Shown in pieces: positions 1-14,679 of a DNA stretch of 64,000 bases. How positions within the stretch are numbered: position 1 is the stretch's first letter; every line of letters begins with the position of its first letter. The stretch spans positions 292,640,001-292,704,000 of the forward strand of contig OZ024742.1 in assembly GCA_964016885.1 (NCBI GenBank), given 5' to 3'. A model generated the notes under the pieces. That model had not been told where the DNA came from, made no database searches, and saw nothing but the letters and a program-made list of their open reading frames with translations. This DNA is from Eledone cirrhosa (lineage: Eukaryota). A program made the translations under genes and the position numbers.

Positions 1-3000
1 GTCAAGGTGATAGCTTAATAGATATATCTAGTCATAAACACAACTATATTACTGAGTGAAGGTGATAGCTTAATAGATATATCTAGTCATAAACACAACT
101 ATACTGAGTCAAGGTGATAGCTTAATAGATATATCTGGTCATAAACACAACTATACTGAGTCAAGGTGATAGCTTAATAGATATATCTAGTCGTAAACAC
201 AACTATATAACTGAGTCAAGGTGATAGCTTAATAGATATATCTAGTCATAAACACAACTATACTGAGTCAAGGTGATAGCTTAATAGATATATCTGGTCA
301 TAAACACAACTATACTGAGTCAAGGTGATAGCTTAATAGATATATCTAGTCATAAACACAACTATATTACTGAGTCAAGGTGATAGCTTAATAGATATAT
401 CTAGTCATAAACACAACTATATTACTGAGTCAAGGTGATAGCTTAATAGATATATCTAGTCATAAACACAACTATACTGAGTCAAGGTGATAGCTTAATA
501 GATATATCTGGTCATAAACACAACTATACTGAGTCAAGGTGATAGCTTAATAGATATATCTAGTCGTAAACACAACTATATAACTGAGTCAAGGTGATAG
601 CTTAATAGATATATCTAGTCATAAACACAACTATACTGAGTCAAGGTGATAGCTTAATAGATATATCTGGTCATAAACACAACTATACTGAGTCAAGGTG
701 ATAGCTTAATAGATATATCTGGTCAAAAACACAACTATACTGTGTCAAGGTGATAGCTTAATAGATATATCTAGTCATAAACACAACTATATTACTGAGT
801 CAAGGTGATAGCTTAATAGATATATCTAGTCATAAACACAACTATATTACTGAGTCAAGGTGATAGCTTAATAGATATATCTAGTCATAAACACAACTAT
901 ATTACTGAGTCAAGGTGATAGCTTAATAGATATATCTAGTCATAAACACAACTATACTGAGTCAAGGTGATAGCTTAATAGATATATCTGGTCATAAACA
1001 CAACTATACCGAGTTAAGGTGATAGCTTAATAGATATATCTGGTCATAAACACAACTATACTGAGTCAAGGTGATAGTTTAATAGATATATCTAGTCATA
1101 AACACAACTATACTGAGTCAAGGTGATAGCTTAATAGATATATCTAGTCATAAACACAACTATATAACTGAGTCAAGGTGATAGCTTAATAGATATATCT
1201 AGTCATAAACACAACTATATTACTGAGTCAAGGTGATAGATTAATAGATATATCTGGTCATAAACACAACTATACTGTGTCAAGGTGATAGCTTAATAGA
1301 TATATCTAGTCATAAACACAACTATATTACTGAGTCAAGATGATAGCTTAATAGATATATCTCGTCATAAACACAACTATATTACTGAGTCAAGGTGATA
1401 GCTTAATAGATATATCTAGTCATAAACACAACTATATTACTGAGTCAAGGTGATAGCTTAATAGATATATCTAGTCATAAACACAACTATACTGAGTCAA
1501 GGTGATAGCTTATTAGATATATCTGGTCATAAACACAACTATACCGAGTTAAGGTGATAACTTAATAGATATATCTGGTCATAAACACAACTATACTGAA
1601 TCAAGGTGATAGATTAATAGATATATCTAGTCATAAACACTACTATACTGACTCAAGGTGATAGCTTAATAGATATATCTAGTCATAAACACAACTATAT
1701 AACTGAGTCAAGGTGATAGCTTAATAGATATATCTAGTCATAAACACAACTATATTACTGAGTCAAGGTGATAGCTTAATAGATATATCTGGTCATAAAC
1801 ACAACTATACTGTGTCAAGGTGATAGCTTAATAGATATATCTAGTCATAAACACAACTATATTACTGAGTCAAGGTGATAGCTTAATAGATATATCTAGT
1901 CATAAACACAACTATATTACTGAGTGAAGGTGATAGCTTAATAGATATATCTAGTCATAAACACAACTATACTGAGTCAAGGTGATAGCTTAATAGATAT
2001 ATCTGGTCATAAACACAACTATACTTAGTCAAGGTGATAGCTTAATAGATATATCTAGTCATAAACACAACTATATTACTGAGTCAAGGTGATAGCTTAA
2101 TAGATATATCTAGTCATAAACACAACTATACTGAGTCAAGGTGATAGCTTAATAGATATATCTGGTCATAAACACAACTATACCAAGTTAAGGTGATAGC
2201 TTAATAGATATATCTGGTCATAAACACAACTATACTGAGTCAAGGTGATAGCTTAATAGATATATCTAGTCATAAACACAACTATACTGAGTCAAGGTGA
2301 TAGCTTAATAGATATATCTAGTCATAAACACAACTATATAATTGAGTCAAGGTGATAGCTTAATAGATATATCTAGTCATAAACACAACTATATTACTGA
2401 ATCAAGGTGATAGCTTAATAGATATATCTGGTCATAAACACAACTATACTGTGTCAAGGTGATAGCTTAATAGATATATCTAGTCATAAACACAACTATA
2501 TTACTGAGTCAAAGTGATAGCTTAATAGATATATCTAGTCATAAACACAACTATATTACTGAGTCAAGGTGATAGCTTAATAGATATATCTAGTCATAAA
2601 CACAACTATACTGAGTCAAGGTGATAGCTTAATAGATATATCTGGTCATAAACACAACTATACTGAGTCAAGGTGATAGCTTAATAGATATATCTACTCA
2701 TAAACAAAACTATATTACTGAGTCAAGGTGATAGCTTAATAGATATATCTAGTCATAAACACAACTATATTACTGAGTCAAGGTGATAGCTTAATAGATA
2801 TATCTGGTCATAAACACAACTATACCGAGTTAAGGTGATAGCTTAATAGATATATCTAGTCATAAACACAACTATACTGAGTCAAGGTGATAGCTTAATA
2901 GATATATCTGGTCATAAACACAACTATACTGAGTCAAGGTGATAGCTTAATAGATATATCTAGTCGTAAACACAACTATATAACTGAGTCAAGGTGATAG

Positions 3001-3669
3001 CTTAATAGATATATCTAGTCATAAACACAACTATACTGAGTCAAGGTGATAGCTTAATAGATATATCTGGTCATAAACACAACTATACCGAGTTAAGGTG
3101 ATAGCTTAATAGATATATCTGGTCATAAACACAACTATACTGAGTCAAGGTGATAGTTTAATAGATATATCTAGTCATAAACACAACTATACTGAGTCAA
3201 GGTGATAGCTTAATAGATATATCTAGTCATAAACACAACTATATAACTGAGTCAAGGTGATAGCTTAATAGATATATCTAGTCATAAACACAACTATATT
3301 ACTGAGTCAAGGTGATAGATTAATAGATATATCTGGTCATAAACACAACTATACTGTGTCAAGGTGATAGCTTAATAGGTATATCTAGTCATAAACACAA
3401 CTATATTACTGAGTCAAGATGATAGCTTAATAGATATATCTAGTCATAAACACAACTATATTACAGAGTCAAGGTGATAGCTTAATAGATATATCTAGTC
3501 ATAAACACAACTATATTACTGAGTCAAGGTGATACCTTAATAGATATATCTAGTCATAAACACAACTATATTACTGAGTCAAGGTGATAGCTTAATAGAT
3601 ATATCTGGTCATAAACACAACTATACTTAGTCAAGGTGATAGCTTAATAGATATATCTGGTCATAAACA

Positions 3670-6220
3670 CAACTATACTGAGTCAAGGTGATAGCTTAAT
3701 AGATATATCTAGTCATAAACACAACTATATTACTGAGTCAAGGTGATAGCTTAATAGATATATCTAGTCATAAACACAACTATATTACTGAGTCAAGGTG
3801 ATAGCTTAATAGATATATCTAGTCATAAACACAACTATACTGAGTCAAGGTGATAGCTTATTAGATATATCTGGTCATAAACACAACTATACCGAGTTAA
3901 GGTGATAGCTTAATAGATATATCTGGTCATAAACACAACTATACTGAGTCAAGGTGATAGATTAATAGATATATCTAGTCATAAACACTACTATGCTGAG
4001 TCAAGGTGATAGCTTAATAGATATATCTAGTCATAAACACAACTATATAACTGAGTCAAGGTGATAGCTTAATAGATATATCTAGTCATAAACACAACTA
4101 TATTACTGAGTCAAGGTGATAGCTTAATAGATATATCTGGTCATAAACACAACTATACTGTGTCAAGGTGGTAGCTTAATAGATATATCTAGTCATAAAC
4201 ACAACTATATTACTGAGTCAACGTGATAGCTTAATAGATATATCTAGTCATAAACACAACTATATTACTGAGTGAAGGTGATAGCTTAATAGATATATCT
4301 AGTCATAAACACAACTATACTGAGTCAAGGTGATAGCTTAATAGATATATCTGGTCATAAACACAACTATACTTAGTCAAGGTGATAGCTTAATAGATAT
4401 ATCTAGTCATAAACACAACTATATTACTGAGTCAAGGTGATAGCTTAATAGATATATCTAGTCATAAACACAACTATACTGAGTCAAGGTGATAGCTTAA
4501 TAGATATATCTGGTCATAAACACAACTATACCAAGTTAAGGTGATAGCTTAATAGATATATCTGGTCATAAACACAACTATACTGAGTCAAGGTGATAGC
4601 TTAATAGATATATCTAGTCATAAACACAACTATACTGAGTCAAGGTGATAGCTTAATAGATATATCTAGTCATAAACACAACTATATAATTGAGTCAAGG
4701 TGATAGCTTAATAGATATATCTAGTCATAAACACAACTATATTACTGAATCAAGGTGATAGCTTAATAGATATATCTGGTCATAAACACAACTATACTGT
4801 GTCAAGGTGATAGCTTAATAGATATATCTAGTCATAAACACAACTATATTACTGAGTCAAAGTGATAGCTTAATAGATATATCTAGTCATAAACACAACT
4901 ATATTACTGAGTCAAGGTGATAGCTTAATAGATATATCTAGTCATAAACACAACTATACTGAGTCAAGGTGATAGCTTAATAGATATATCTGGTCATAAA
5001 CACAACTATACTGAGTCAAGGTGATAGCTTAATAGATATATCTACTCATAAACACAACTATATTACTGAGTCAAGGTGATAGCTTAATAGATATATCTAG
5101 TCATAAACACAACTATATTACTGAGTCAAGGTGATAGCTTAATAGATATATCTGGTCATAAACACAACTATACCGAGTTAAGGTGATAGCTTAATAGATA
5201 TATCTGGTCATAAACACAACTATACTGAGTCAAGGTGATAGCTTAATAGATATATCTAGTCATAAACACAACTATATTACTGAGTCAAGGTGATAGCTTA
5301 ATAGATATATCTAGTCATAAACACAACTATATTACTGAGTCAAGGTGATAGCTTAATAGATATATCTAGTCATAAACACAACTATACTGAGTCAAGGTGA
5401 TAGCTTATTAGATATATCTGGTCATAAACACAACTATACCGAGTTAAGGTGATAGCTTAATAGATATATCTGGTCATAAACACAACTATACTGAGTCAAG
5501 GTGATAGATTAATAGATATATCTAGTCATAAACACTACTATACTGAGTCAAGGTGATAGCTTAATAGATATATCTAGTCATAAACACAACTATATAACTG
5601 AGTCAAGGTGATAGCTTAATAGATATATCTAGTCATAAACACAACTATATTACTGAGTCAAGGTGATAGCTTAATAGATATATCTGGTCATAAACACAAC
5701 TATACTGTGTCAAGGTGGTAGCTTAATAGATATATCTAGTCATAAACACAACTATATTACTGTGTCAAGGTGATAGCTTAATAGATATATCTAGTCATAA
5801 ACACAACTATATTACTGAGTGAAGGTGATAGCTTAATAGATATATCTAGTCATAAACACAACTATACTGAGTCAAGGTGATAGCTTAATAGTTATATCTG
5901 GTCATAAACACAACTATACTTATTCAAGGTGATAGCTTAATAGATATATCTAGTCATAAACACAACTATATTACTGAGTCAAGGTGATAGCTTAATAGAT
6001 ATATCTAGTCATAAACACAACTATACTGAGTCAAGGTGATAGCTTAATAGATATATCTGGTCATAAACACAACTATACCAAGTTAAGGTGATAGCTTAAT
6101 AGATATATCTGGTCATAAACACAACTATACTGAGTCAAGGTGATAGCTTAATAGATATATCTAGTCATAAACACAACTATACTGAGTCAAGGTGATAGCT
6201 TAATAGATATATCTAGTCAT
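3670..6220 (+). repeat. ~2.5-kb block duplicated at +7480 (copy at ~11150-13700)
   Basis: Markers: CTATGCTGAG 3995/11475; GTGAAGG 4274/11754; CCAAGTT 4531/12011 and 6078/13558; TCTACTC 5045/12525. Confidence 0.88.
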
Positions 6221-6390
6221 AAACACAACTATATAATTGAGTCAAGGTGATAGCTTAATAGATATATCTAGTCATAAACACAACTATATTACTGAATCAA
6301 GGTGATAGCTTAATAGATATATCTGGTCATAAACACAACTATACTGTGTCAAGGTGATAGCTTAATAGATATATCTAGTCATAAACACAA

Positions 6391-6400
6391 CTATGATAGC
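6391..6400 (+). other. Deletion-bearing monomer junction CAACTAT|GATAGC (loss of 13 bp relative to the 52-mer); also at ~13712 and ~30363
   Basis: The sequence reads ctatgatagc instead of ctatactgagtcaaggtgatagc at three positions. Confidence 0.92.
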
Positions 6401-9119
6401 TTAATAGATATATCTAGTCATAAACACAACTATATTACTGAGTCAAGGTGATAGCTTAATAGATATATCTAGTCATAAACACAACTATACTGAGTCAAGG
6501 TGATAGCTTAATAGATATATCTGGTCATAAACACAACTATACTGAGTCAAGGTGATAGCTTAATAGATATATCTACTCATAAACACAACTATATTACTGA
6601 GTCAAGGTGATAGCTTAATAGATATATCTAGTCATAAACACAACTATATTACTGAGTCAAGGTGATAGCTTAATAGATATATCTGGTCATAAACACAACT
6701 ATACCGAGTTAAGGTGATAGCTTAATAGATATATCTGGTCATAAACACAACTATACTGAGTCAAGGTGATAGCTTAATAGATATATCTAGTCATAAACAC
6801 AACTATATTACTGAGTCAAGGTGATAGCTTAATAGATATATCTAGTCATAAACACAACTATATTACTGAGTCAAGGTGATAGCTTAATAGATATATCTGG
6901 TCATAAACACAACTATACCGAGTTAAGGTGATAGCTTAATAGATATATCTGGTCATAAACACAACTATACTGAGTCAAGGTGATAGCTTAATAGATATTT
7001 CTAGTCATAAACACAACTATTCTGAGTCAAGGTGATAGCTTAATAGATATATCTAGTCATAAACACAACTATATAACTGAGTCAAGCTGATAGCTTAATA
7101 GATATATGTAGTCATAAACACAACTTTATTACTGAGTCAAGGTGATAGCTTAATAGATATATCTAGTCATAAACACAACTATATTACTGAGTCAAGGTGA
7201 TAGCTTAATAGATATGTCTAGTCATAAACACAACTTTATTACTGAGTCAAGGTGATAGCTTAATAGATATACCTAGTCATAAACACAACTATACTGAGTC
7301 AAGGTGATAGCTTAATAGATATATCTGGTCATAAACACAACTATACTGAGTCAAGGTGGTAGCTTAATAGATATATCTAGTCATAAACACAACTATATTA
7401 CTGAGTCAAGGTGATAGCTTAATAGATATATCTAGTCATAAACACAACTATATTACTGAGTCAAGGTGATAGCTTAATAGACATATCTAGTCATAAACAC
7501 AACTATATTACTGATTCAAGGTGATAGCTTAATAGATATATCTAGTCATAAACACAACTATATTACTGAGTCAAGGTGATAGCTTAATAGATATATCTGG
7601 TCATAAACACAACTCTACTGAGTCAAGGTGATAGCTTAATAGATGTATCTAGTCGTAAACACAACTATATAACTGAGTCAAGGTGATAGCTTAATAGATA
7701 TATCTAGTCATAAACACAACTATACTGAGTCAAGGTGATAGCTTAATAGATATATCTGGTCATAAACACAACTATACTGAGTCAAGGTGATAGCTTAATA
7801 GATATATCTGGTCAAAAACACAACTATACTGTGTCAAGGTGATAGCTTAATAGATATATCTAGTCATAAACACAACTATATTACTGAGTCAAGATGATAG
7901 CTTAATAGATATATCTAGTCATAAACACAACTATATTACTGAGTCAAGGTGTTAGCTTAATAGATATATCTAGTCATAAACACAACTATATTACTGAGTC
8001 AAGGTGATAGCTTAATAGATATATCTAGTCATAAACACAACTATACTGAGTCAAGGTGATAGCTTAATAGATATATCTGGTCATAAACACAACTATACCG
8101 AGTTAAGGTGATAGCTTAATAGATATATCTGGTCATAAACACAACTATACTGAGTCAAGGTGATAGCTTAATAGATATATCTAGTCATAAACACAACTAT
8201 ACTGAGTCAAGGCAATAGCTTAATAGATATATCTAGTCATAAACACAACTATATAACTGAGTCAAGGTGATAGCTTAATAGATATATCTAGTCATAAACA
8301 CAACTATATTACTGAGTCAAGGTGATAGAGTAATAGATATATCTGGTCATAAACACAACTATACTGTGTCAAGGTGATAGCTTAATAGATATATCTAGTC
8401 ATAAACACAACTATATTACTGAGTCAAGGTGATAGCTTAATAGATATATCTAGTCATAAACACAACTATATTACTGAGTCAAGGTGATAGCTTAATAGAT
8501 ATATCTAGTCATAAACACAACTATACTGAGTCAAGGTGATAGCTTAATAGATATATCTGGTCATAAACACAACTATATTACTGAGTCAAGGTGATAGCTT
8601 AATAGATATAACTAGTCATAAACACAACTATATTACTGAGTCAAGGTGATAGCTTAATAGATATATCTAGTCATAAACACAACTATATTACTGAGTCAAG
8701 GTGATAGCTTAATAGATATATCTAGTCATAAACACAACTATATTACTGAGTCAAGGTGATAGCTTAATAGATATATCTGGTCATAAACACAACTATACTG
8801 AGTCAAGGTGATAGCTTAATAGATATATCTGGTTATAAACACAACTATATTACTGAGTCAAGGTGATAGCTTAATAGATATATCTAGTCATAAACACAAC
8901 TATATTACTGAGTCAAGGTGATAGCTTAATAGATATATCTAGTCATAAACACAACTATACTGAGTCAAGGTGATAGTTTAATAGATATATCTGGTCATAA
9001 ACACAACTATACTGAGTCAAGGTGATAGCTTAATAGATATATCTGGTTATAAACACAACTATACTGAGTCAAGGTGATAGCTTAATAGATATATCTAGTC
9101 ATAAACACAACTATATTAC

Positions 9120-11700
9120 TGAGTCAAGGTGATAGCTTAATAGATATATCTAGTCATAAACACAACTATATTACAGAGTCAAGGTGTTAGCTTAATAGAT
9201 ATATCTAGTCATAAACACAACTATATTACTGAGCCAAGGTGATAGCTTAATAGATATATCTAGTCATAAACACGACTATATTACAGAGTCAAGGTGATAG
9301 CTTAATAGATATATCTAGTCATAAACACAACTATATTACTGAGTCAAGGTGATACCTTAATAGATATATCTAGTCATAAACACAACTATATTACTGAATC
9401 AAGGTGATAGCTTAATAGATATATCTGGTCATAAACACAACTATACTTAGTCAAGGTGATAGCTTAATAGATGTATCTGGTCATAAACACAACTATACTG
9501 AGTCAAGGTGATAGCTTAATAGATATATCTAGTCATAAACACAACTATATTACTGAGTCAAGGTGATAGCTTAATAGATATATCTAGTCATAAACACAAC
9601 TATATTACTGAGTCAAGGTGATAGCTTAATAGATATATCTAGTCATAAACACAACTATATTACTGAGTCAAGGTGATAGCTTAATAGATATATCTAGTCA
9701 TAAACACAACTATACTGAGTCAAGGTGATAGCTTAATAGATATATCTGGTCATAAACACAACTATACCGAGTTAAGGTGATAGCTTAATAGATATATCTG
9801 GTCATAAACACAACTATACTGAGTCAAGGTGATAGCTTAATAGATATATCTAGTCATAAACACAACTATACTGAGTCAAGGTGATAGCTTAATAGATATA
9901 TCTAGTCATAAACACAACTATATTACTGAGTCAAGGTGATAGCTTAATAGATATATCTAGTCATAAACACAACTATATTACTGAGTCAAGGTGATAGCTT
10001 AATAGATATATCTAGTCATAAACACAACTATACTGAGTCAAGGTGATAGCTTATTAGATATATCTGGTCATAAACACAACTATACCGAGTTAAGGTGATA
10101 GCTTAATAGATATATCTGGTCATAAACACAACTATACTGAGTCAAGGTGATAGATTAATAGATATATCTAGTCATAAACACTACTATGCTGAGTCAAGGT
10201 GATAGCTTAATAGATATATCTAGTCATAAACACAACTATATAACTGAGTCAAGGTGATAGCTTAATAGATATATCTAGTCATAAACACAACTATATTACT
10301 GAGTCAAGGTGATAGCTTAATAGATATATCTGGTCATAAACACAACTATACTGTGTCAAGGTGGTAGCTTAATAGATATATCTAGTCATAAACACAACTA
10401 TATTACTGAGTCAAGGTGATAGCTTAATAGATATATCTAGTCATAAACACAACTATATTACAGAGTCAAGGTGTTAGCTTAATAGATATATCTAGTCATA
10501 AACACAACTATATTACTGAGCCAAGGTGATAGCTTAATAGATATATCTAGTCATAAACACGACTATATTACAGAGTCAAGGTGATAGCTTAATAGATATA
10601 TCTAGTCATAAACACAACTATATTACTGAGTCAAGGTGATACCTTAATAGATATATCTAGTCATAAACACAACTATATTACTGAATCAAGGTGATAGCTT
10701 AATAGATATATCTGGTCATAAACACAACTATACTTAGTCAAGGTGATAGCTTAATAGATGTATCTGGTCATAAACACAACTATACTGAGTCAAGGTGATA
10801 GCTTAATAGATATATCTAGTCATAAACACAACTATATTACTGAGTCAAGGTGATAGCTTAATAGATATATCTAGTCATAAACACAACTATATTACTGAGT
10901 CAAGGTGATAGCTTAATAGATATATCTAGTCATAAACACAACTATATTACTGAGTCAAGGTGATAGCTTAATAGATATATCTAGTCATAAACACAACTAT
11001 ACTGAGTCAAGGTGATAGCTTAATAGATATATCTGGTCATAAACACAACTATACCGAGTTAAGGTGATAGCTTAATAGATATATCTGGTCATAAACACAA
11101 CTATACTGAGTCAAGGTGATAGCTTAATAGATATATCTAGTCATAAACACAACTATACTGAGTCAAGGTGATAGCTTAATAGATATATCTAGTCATAAAC
11201 ACAACTATATTACTGAGTCAAGGTGATAGCTTAATAGATATATCTAGTCATAAACACAACTATATTACTGAGTCAAGGTGATAGCTTAATAGATATATCT
11301 AGTCATAAACACAACTATACTGAGTCAAGGTGATAGCTTATTAGATATATCTGGTCATAAACACAACTATACCGAGTTAAGGTGATAGCTTAATAGATAT
11401 ATCTGGTCATAAACACAACTATACTGAGTCAAGGTGATAGATTAATAGATATATCTAGTCATAAACACTACTATGCTGAGTCAAGGTGATAGCTTAATAG
11501 ATATATCTAGTCATAAACACAACTATATAACTGAGTCAAGGTGATAGCTTAATAGATATATCTAGTCATAAACACAACTATATTACTGAGTCAAGGTGAT
11601 AGCTTAATAGATATATCTGGTCATAAACACAACTATACTGTGTCAAGGTGGTAGCTTAATAGATATATCTAGTCATAAACACAACTATATTACTGAGTCA
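9120..11700 (+). repeat. Tandem duplication of a 1287-bp (24-monomer) block
   Basis: Rare variants recur at +1287: ACAGAGTCAAGGTGTTAG (T at 9187/10474) and CACTACTATGCTGAG (G at 10188/11475). Boundaries are approximate. Confidence 0.9.
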
Positions 11701-14679
11701 AGGTGATAGCTTAATAGATATATCTAGTCATAAACACAACTATATTACTGAGTGAAGGTGATAGCTTAATAGATATATCTAGTCATAAACACAACTATAC
11801 TGAGTCAAGGTGATAGCTTAATAGATATATCTGGTCATAAACACAACTATACTTAGTCAAGGTGATAGCTTAATAGATATATCTAGTCATAAACACAACT
11901 ATATTACTGAGTCAAGGTGATAGCTTAATAGATATATCTAGTCATAAACACAACTATACTGAGTCAAGGTGATAGCTTAATAGATATATCTGGTCATAAA
12001 CACAACTATACCAAGTTAAGGTGATAGCTTAATAGATATATCTGGTCATAAACACAACTATACTGAGTCAAGGTGATAGCTTAATAGATATATCTAGTCA
12101 TAAACACAACTATACTGAGTCAAGGTGATAGCTTAATAGATATATCTAGTCATAAACACAACTATATAATTGAGTCAAGGTGATAGCTTAATAGATATAT
12201 CTAGTCATAAACACAACTATATTACTGAATCAAGGTGATAGCTTAATAGATATATCTGGTCATAAACACAACTATACTGTGTCAAGGTGATAGCTTAATA
12301 GATATATCTAGTCATAAACACAACTATATTACTGAGTCAAAGTGATAGCTTAATAGATATATCTAGTCATAAACACAACTATATTACTGAGTCAAGGTGA
12401 TAGCTTAATAGATATATCTAGTCATAAACACAACTATACTGAGTCAAGGTGATAGCTTAATAGATATATCTGGTCATAAACACAACTATACTGAGTCAAG
12501 GTGATAGCTTAATAGATATATCTACTCATAAACACAACTATATTACTGAGTCAAGGTGATAGCTTAATAGATATATCTAGTCATAAACACAACTATATTA
12601 CTGAGTCAAGGTGATAGCTTAATAGATATATCTGGTCATAAACACAACTATACCGAGTTAAGGTGATAGCTTAATAGATATATCTGGTCATAAACACAAC
12701 TATACTGAGTCAAGGTGATAGCTTAATAGATATATCTAGTCATAAACACAACTATATTACTGAGTCAAGGTGATAGCTTAATAGATATATCTAGTCATAA
12801 ACACAACTATATTACTGAGTCAAGGTGATAGCTTAATAGATATATCTAGTCATAAACACAACTATACTGAGTCAAGGTGATAGCTTATTAGATATATCTG
12901 GTCATAAACACAACTATACCGAGTTAAGGTGATAGCTTAATAGATATATCTGGTCATAAACACAACTATACTGAGTCAAGGTGATAGATTAATAGATATA
13001 TCTAGTCATAAACACTACTATACTGAGTCAAGGTGATAGCTTAATAGATATATCTAGTCATAAACACAACTATATAACTGAGTCAAGGTGATAGCTTAAT
13101 AGATATATCTAGTCATAAACACAACTATATTACTGAGTCAAGGTGATAGCTTAATAGATATATCTGGTCATAAACACAACTATACTGTGTCAAGGTGGTA
13201 GCTTAATAGATATATCTAGTCATAAACACAACTATATTACTGAGTCAAGGTGATAGCTTAATAGATATATCTAGTCATAAACACAACTATATTACTGAGT
13301 GAAGGTGATAGCTTAATAGATATATCTAGTCATAAACACAACTATACTGAGTCAAGGTGATAGCTTAATAGATATATCTGGTCATAAACACAACTATACT
13401 TAGTCAAGGTGATAGCTTAATAGATATATCTAGTCATAAACACAACTATATTACTGAGTCAAGGTGATAGCTTAATAGATATATCTAGTCATAAACACAA
13501 CTATACTGAGTCAAGGTGATAGCTTAATAGATATATCTGGTCATAAACACAACTATACCAAGTTAAGGTGATAGCTTAATAGATATATCTGGTCATAAAC
13601 ACAACTATACTGAGTCAAGGTGATAGCTTAATAGATATATCTAGTCATAAACACAACTATACTGAGTCAAGGTGATAGCTTAATAGATATATCTAGTCAT
13701 AAACACAACTATGATAGCTTAATAGATATATCTAGTCATAAACACAACTATATTACTGAGTCAAGGTGATAGCTTAATAGATATATCTAGTCATAAACAC
13801 AACTATACTGAGTCAAGGTGATAGCTTAATAGATATATCTGGTCATAAACACAACTATACTGAGTCAAGGTGATAGCTTAATAGATATATCTACTCATAA
13901 ACACAACTATATTACTGAGTCAAGGTGATAGCTTAATAGATATATCTAGTCATAAACACAACTATATTACTGAGTCAAGGTGATAGCTTAATAGATATAT
14001 CTGGTCATAAACACAACTATACCGAGTTAAGGTGATAGCTTAATAGATATATCTGGTCATAAACACAACTATACTGAGTCAAGGTGATAGCTTAATAGAT
14101 ATATCTAGTCATAAACACAACTATATAACTGAGTCAAGCTGATAGCTTAATAGATATATGTAGTCATAAACACAACTTTATTACTGAGTCAAGGTGATAG
14201 CTTAATAGATATATCTAGTCATAAACACAACTATATTACTGAGTCAAGGTGATAGCTTAATAGATATGTCTAGTCATAAACACAACTTTATTACTGAGTC
14301 AAGGTGATAGCTTAATAGATATACCTAGTCATAAACACAACTATACTGAGTCAAGGTGATAGCTTAATAGATATATCTGGTCATAAACACAACTATACTG
14401 AGTCAAGGTGGTAGCTTAATAGATATATCTAGTCATAAACACAACTATATTACTGAGTCAAGGTGATAGCTTAATAGATATATCTAGTCATAAACACAAC
14501 TATATTACTGAGTCAAGGTGATAGCTTAATAGACATATCTAGTCATAAACACAACTATATTACTGATTCAAGGTGATAGCTTAATAGATATATCTAGTCA
14601 TAAACACAACTATACTGAGTCAAGGTGATAGCTTAATAGATATATCTGGTCATAAACACAACTATACCGAGTTAAGGTG

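Noticed and set aside
22-50. TATA-like promoter elements (TATATC, CATAAA, TATATT)
   Set aside because: These are expected by chance in a 71% AT repeat, and there is no downstream gene.
3-62. Repeat-protein ORF (one frame reads QGDSLIDISSHKHNYITE, and the 52/55 indel is 3 nt)
   Set aside because: Both monomer lengths are 1 mod 3, so the frame shifts each unit and hits TGA immediately (TCA AGG TGA). The minus strand also has multiple stops per monomer, so no long ORF is possible.
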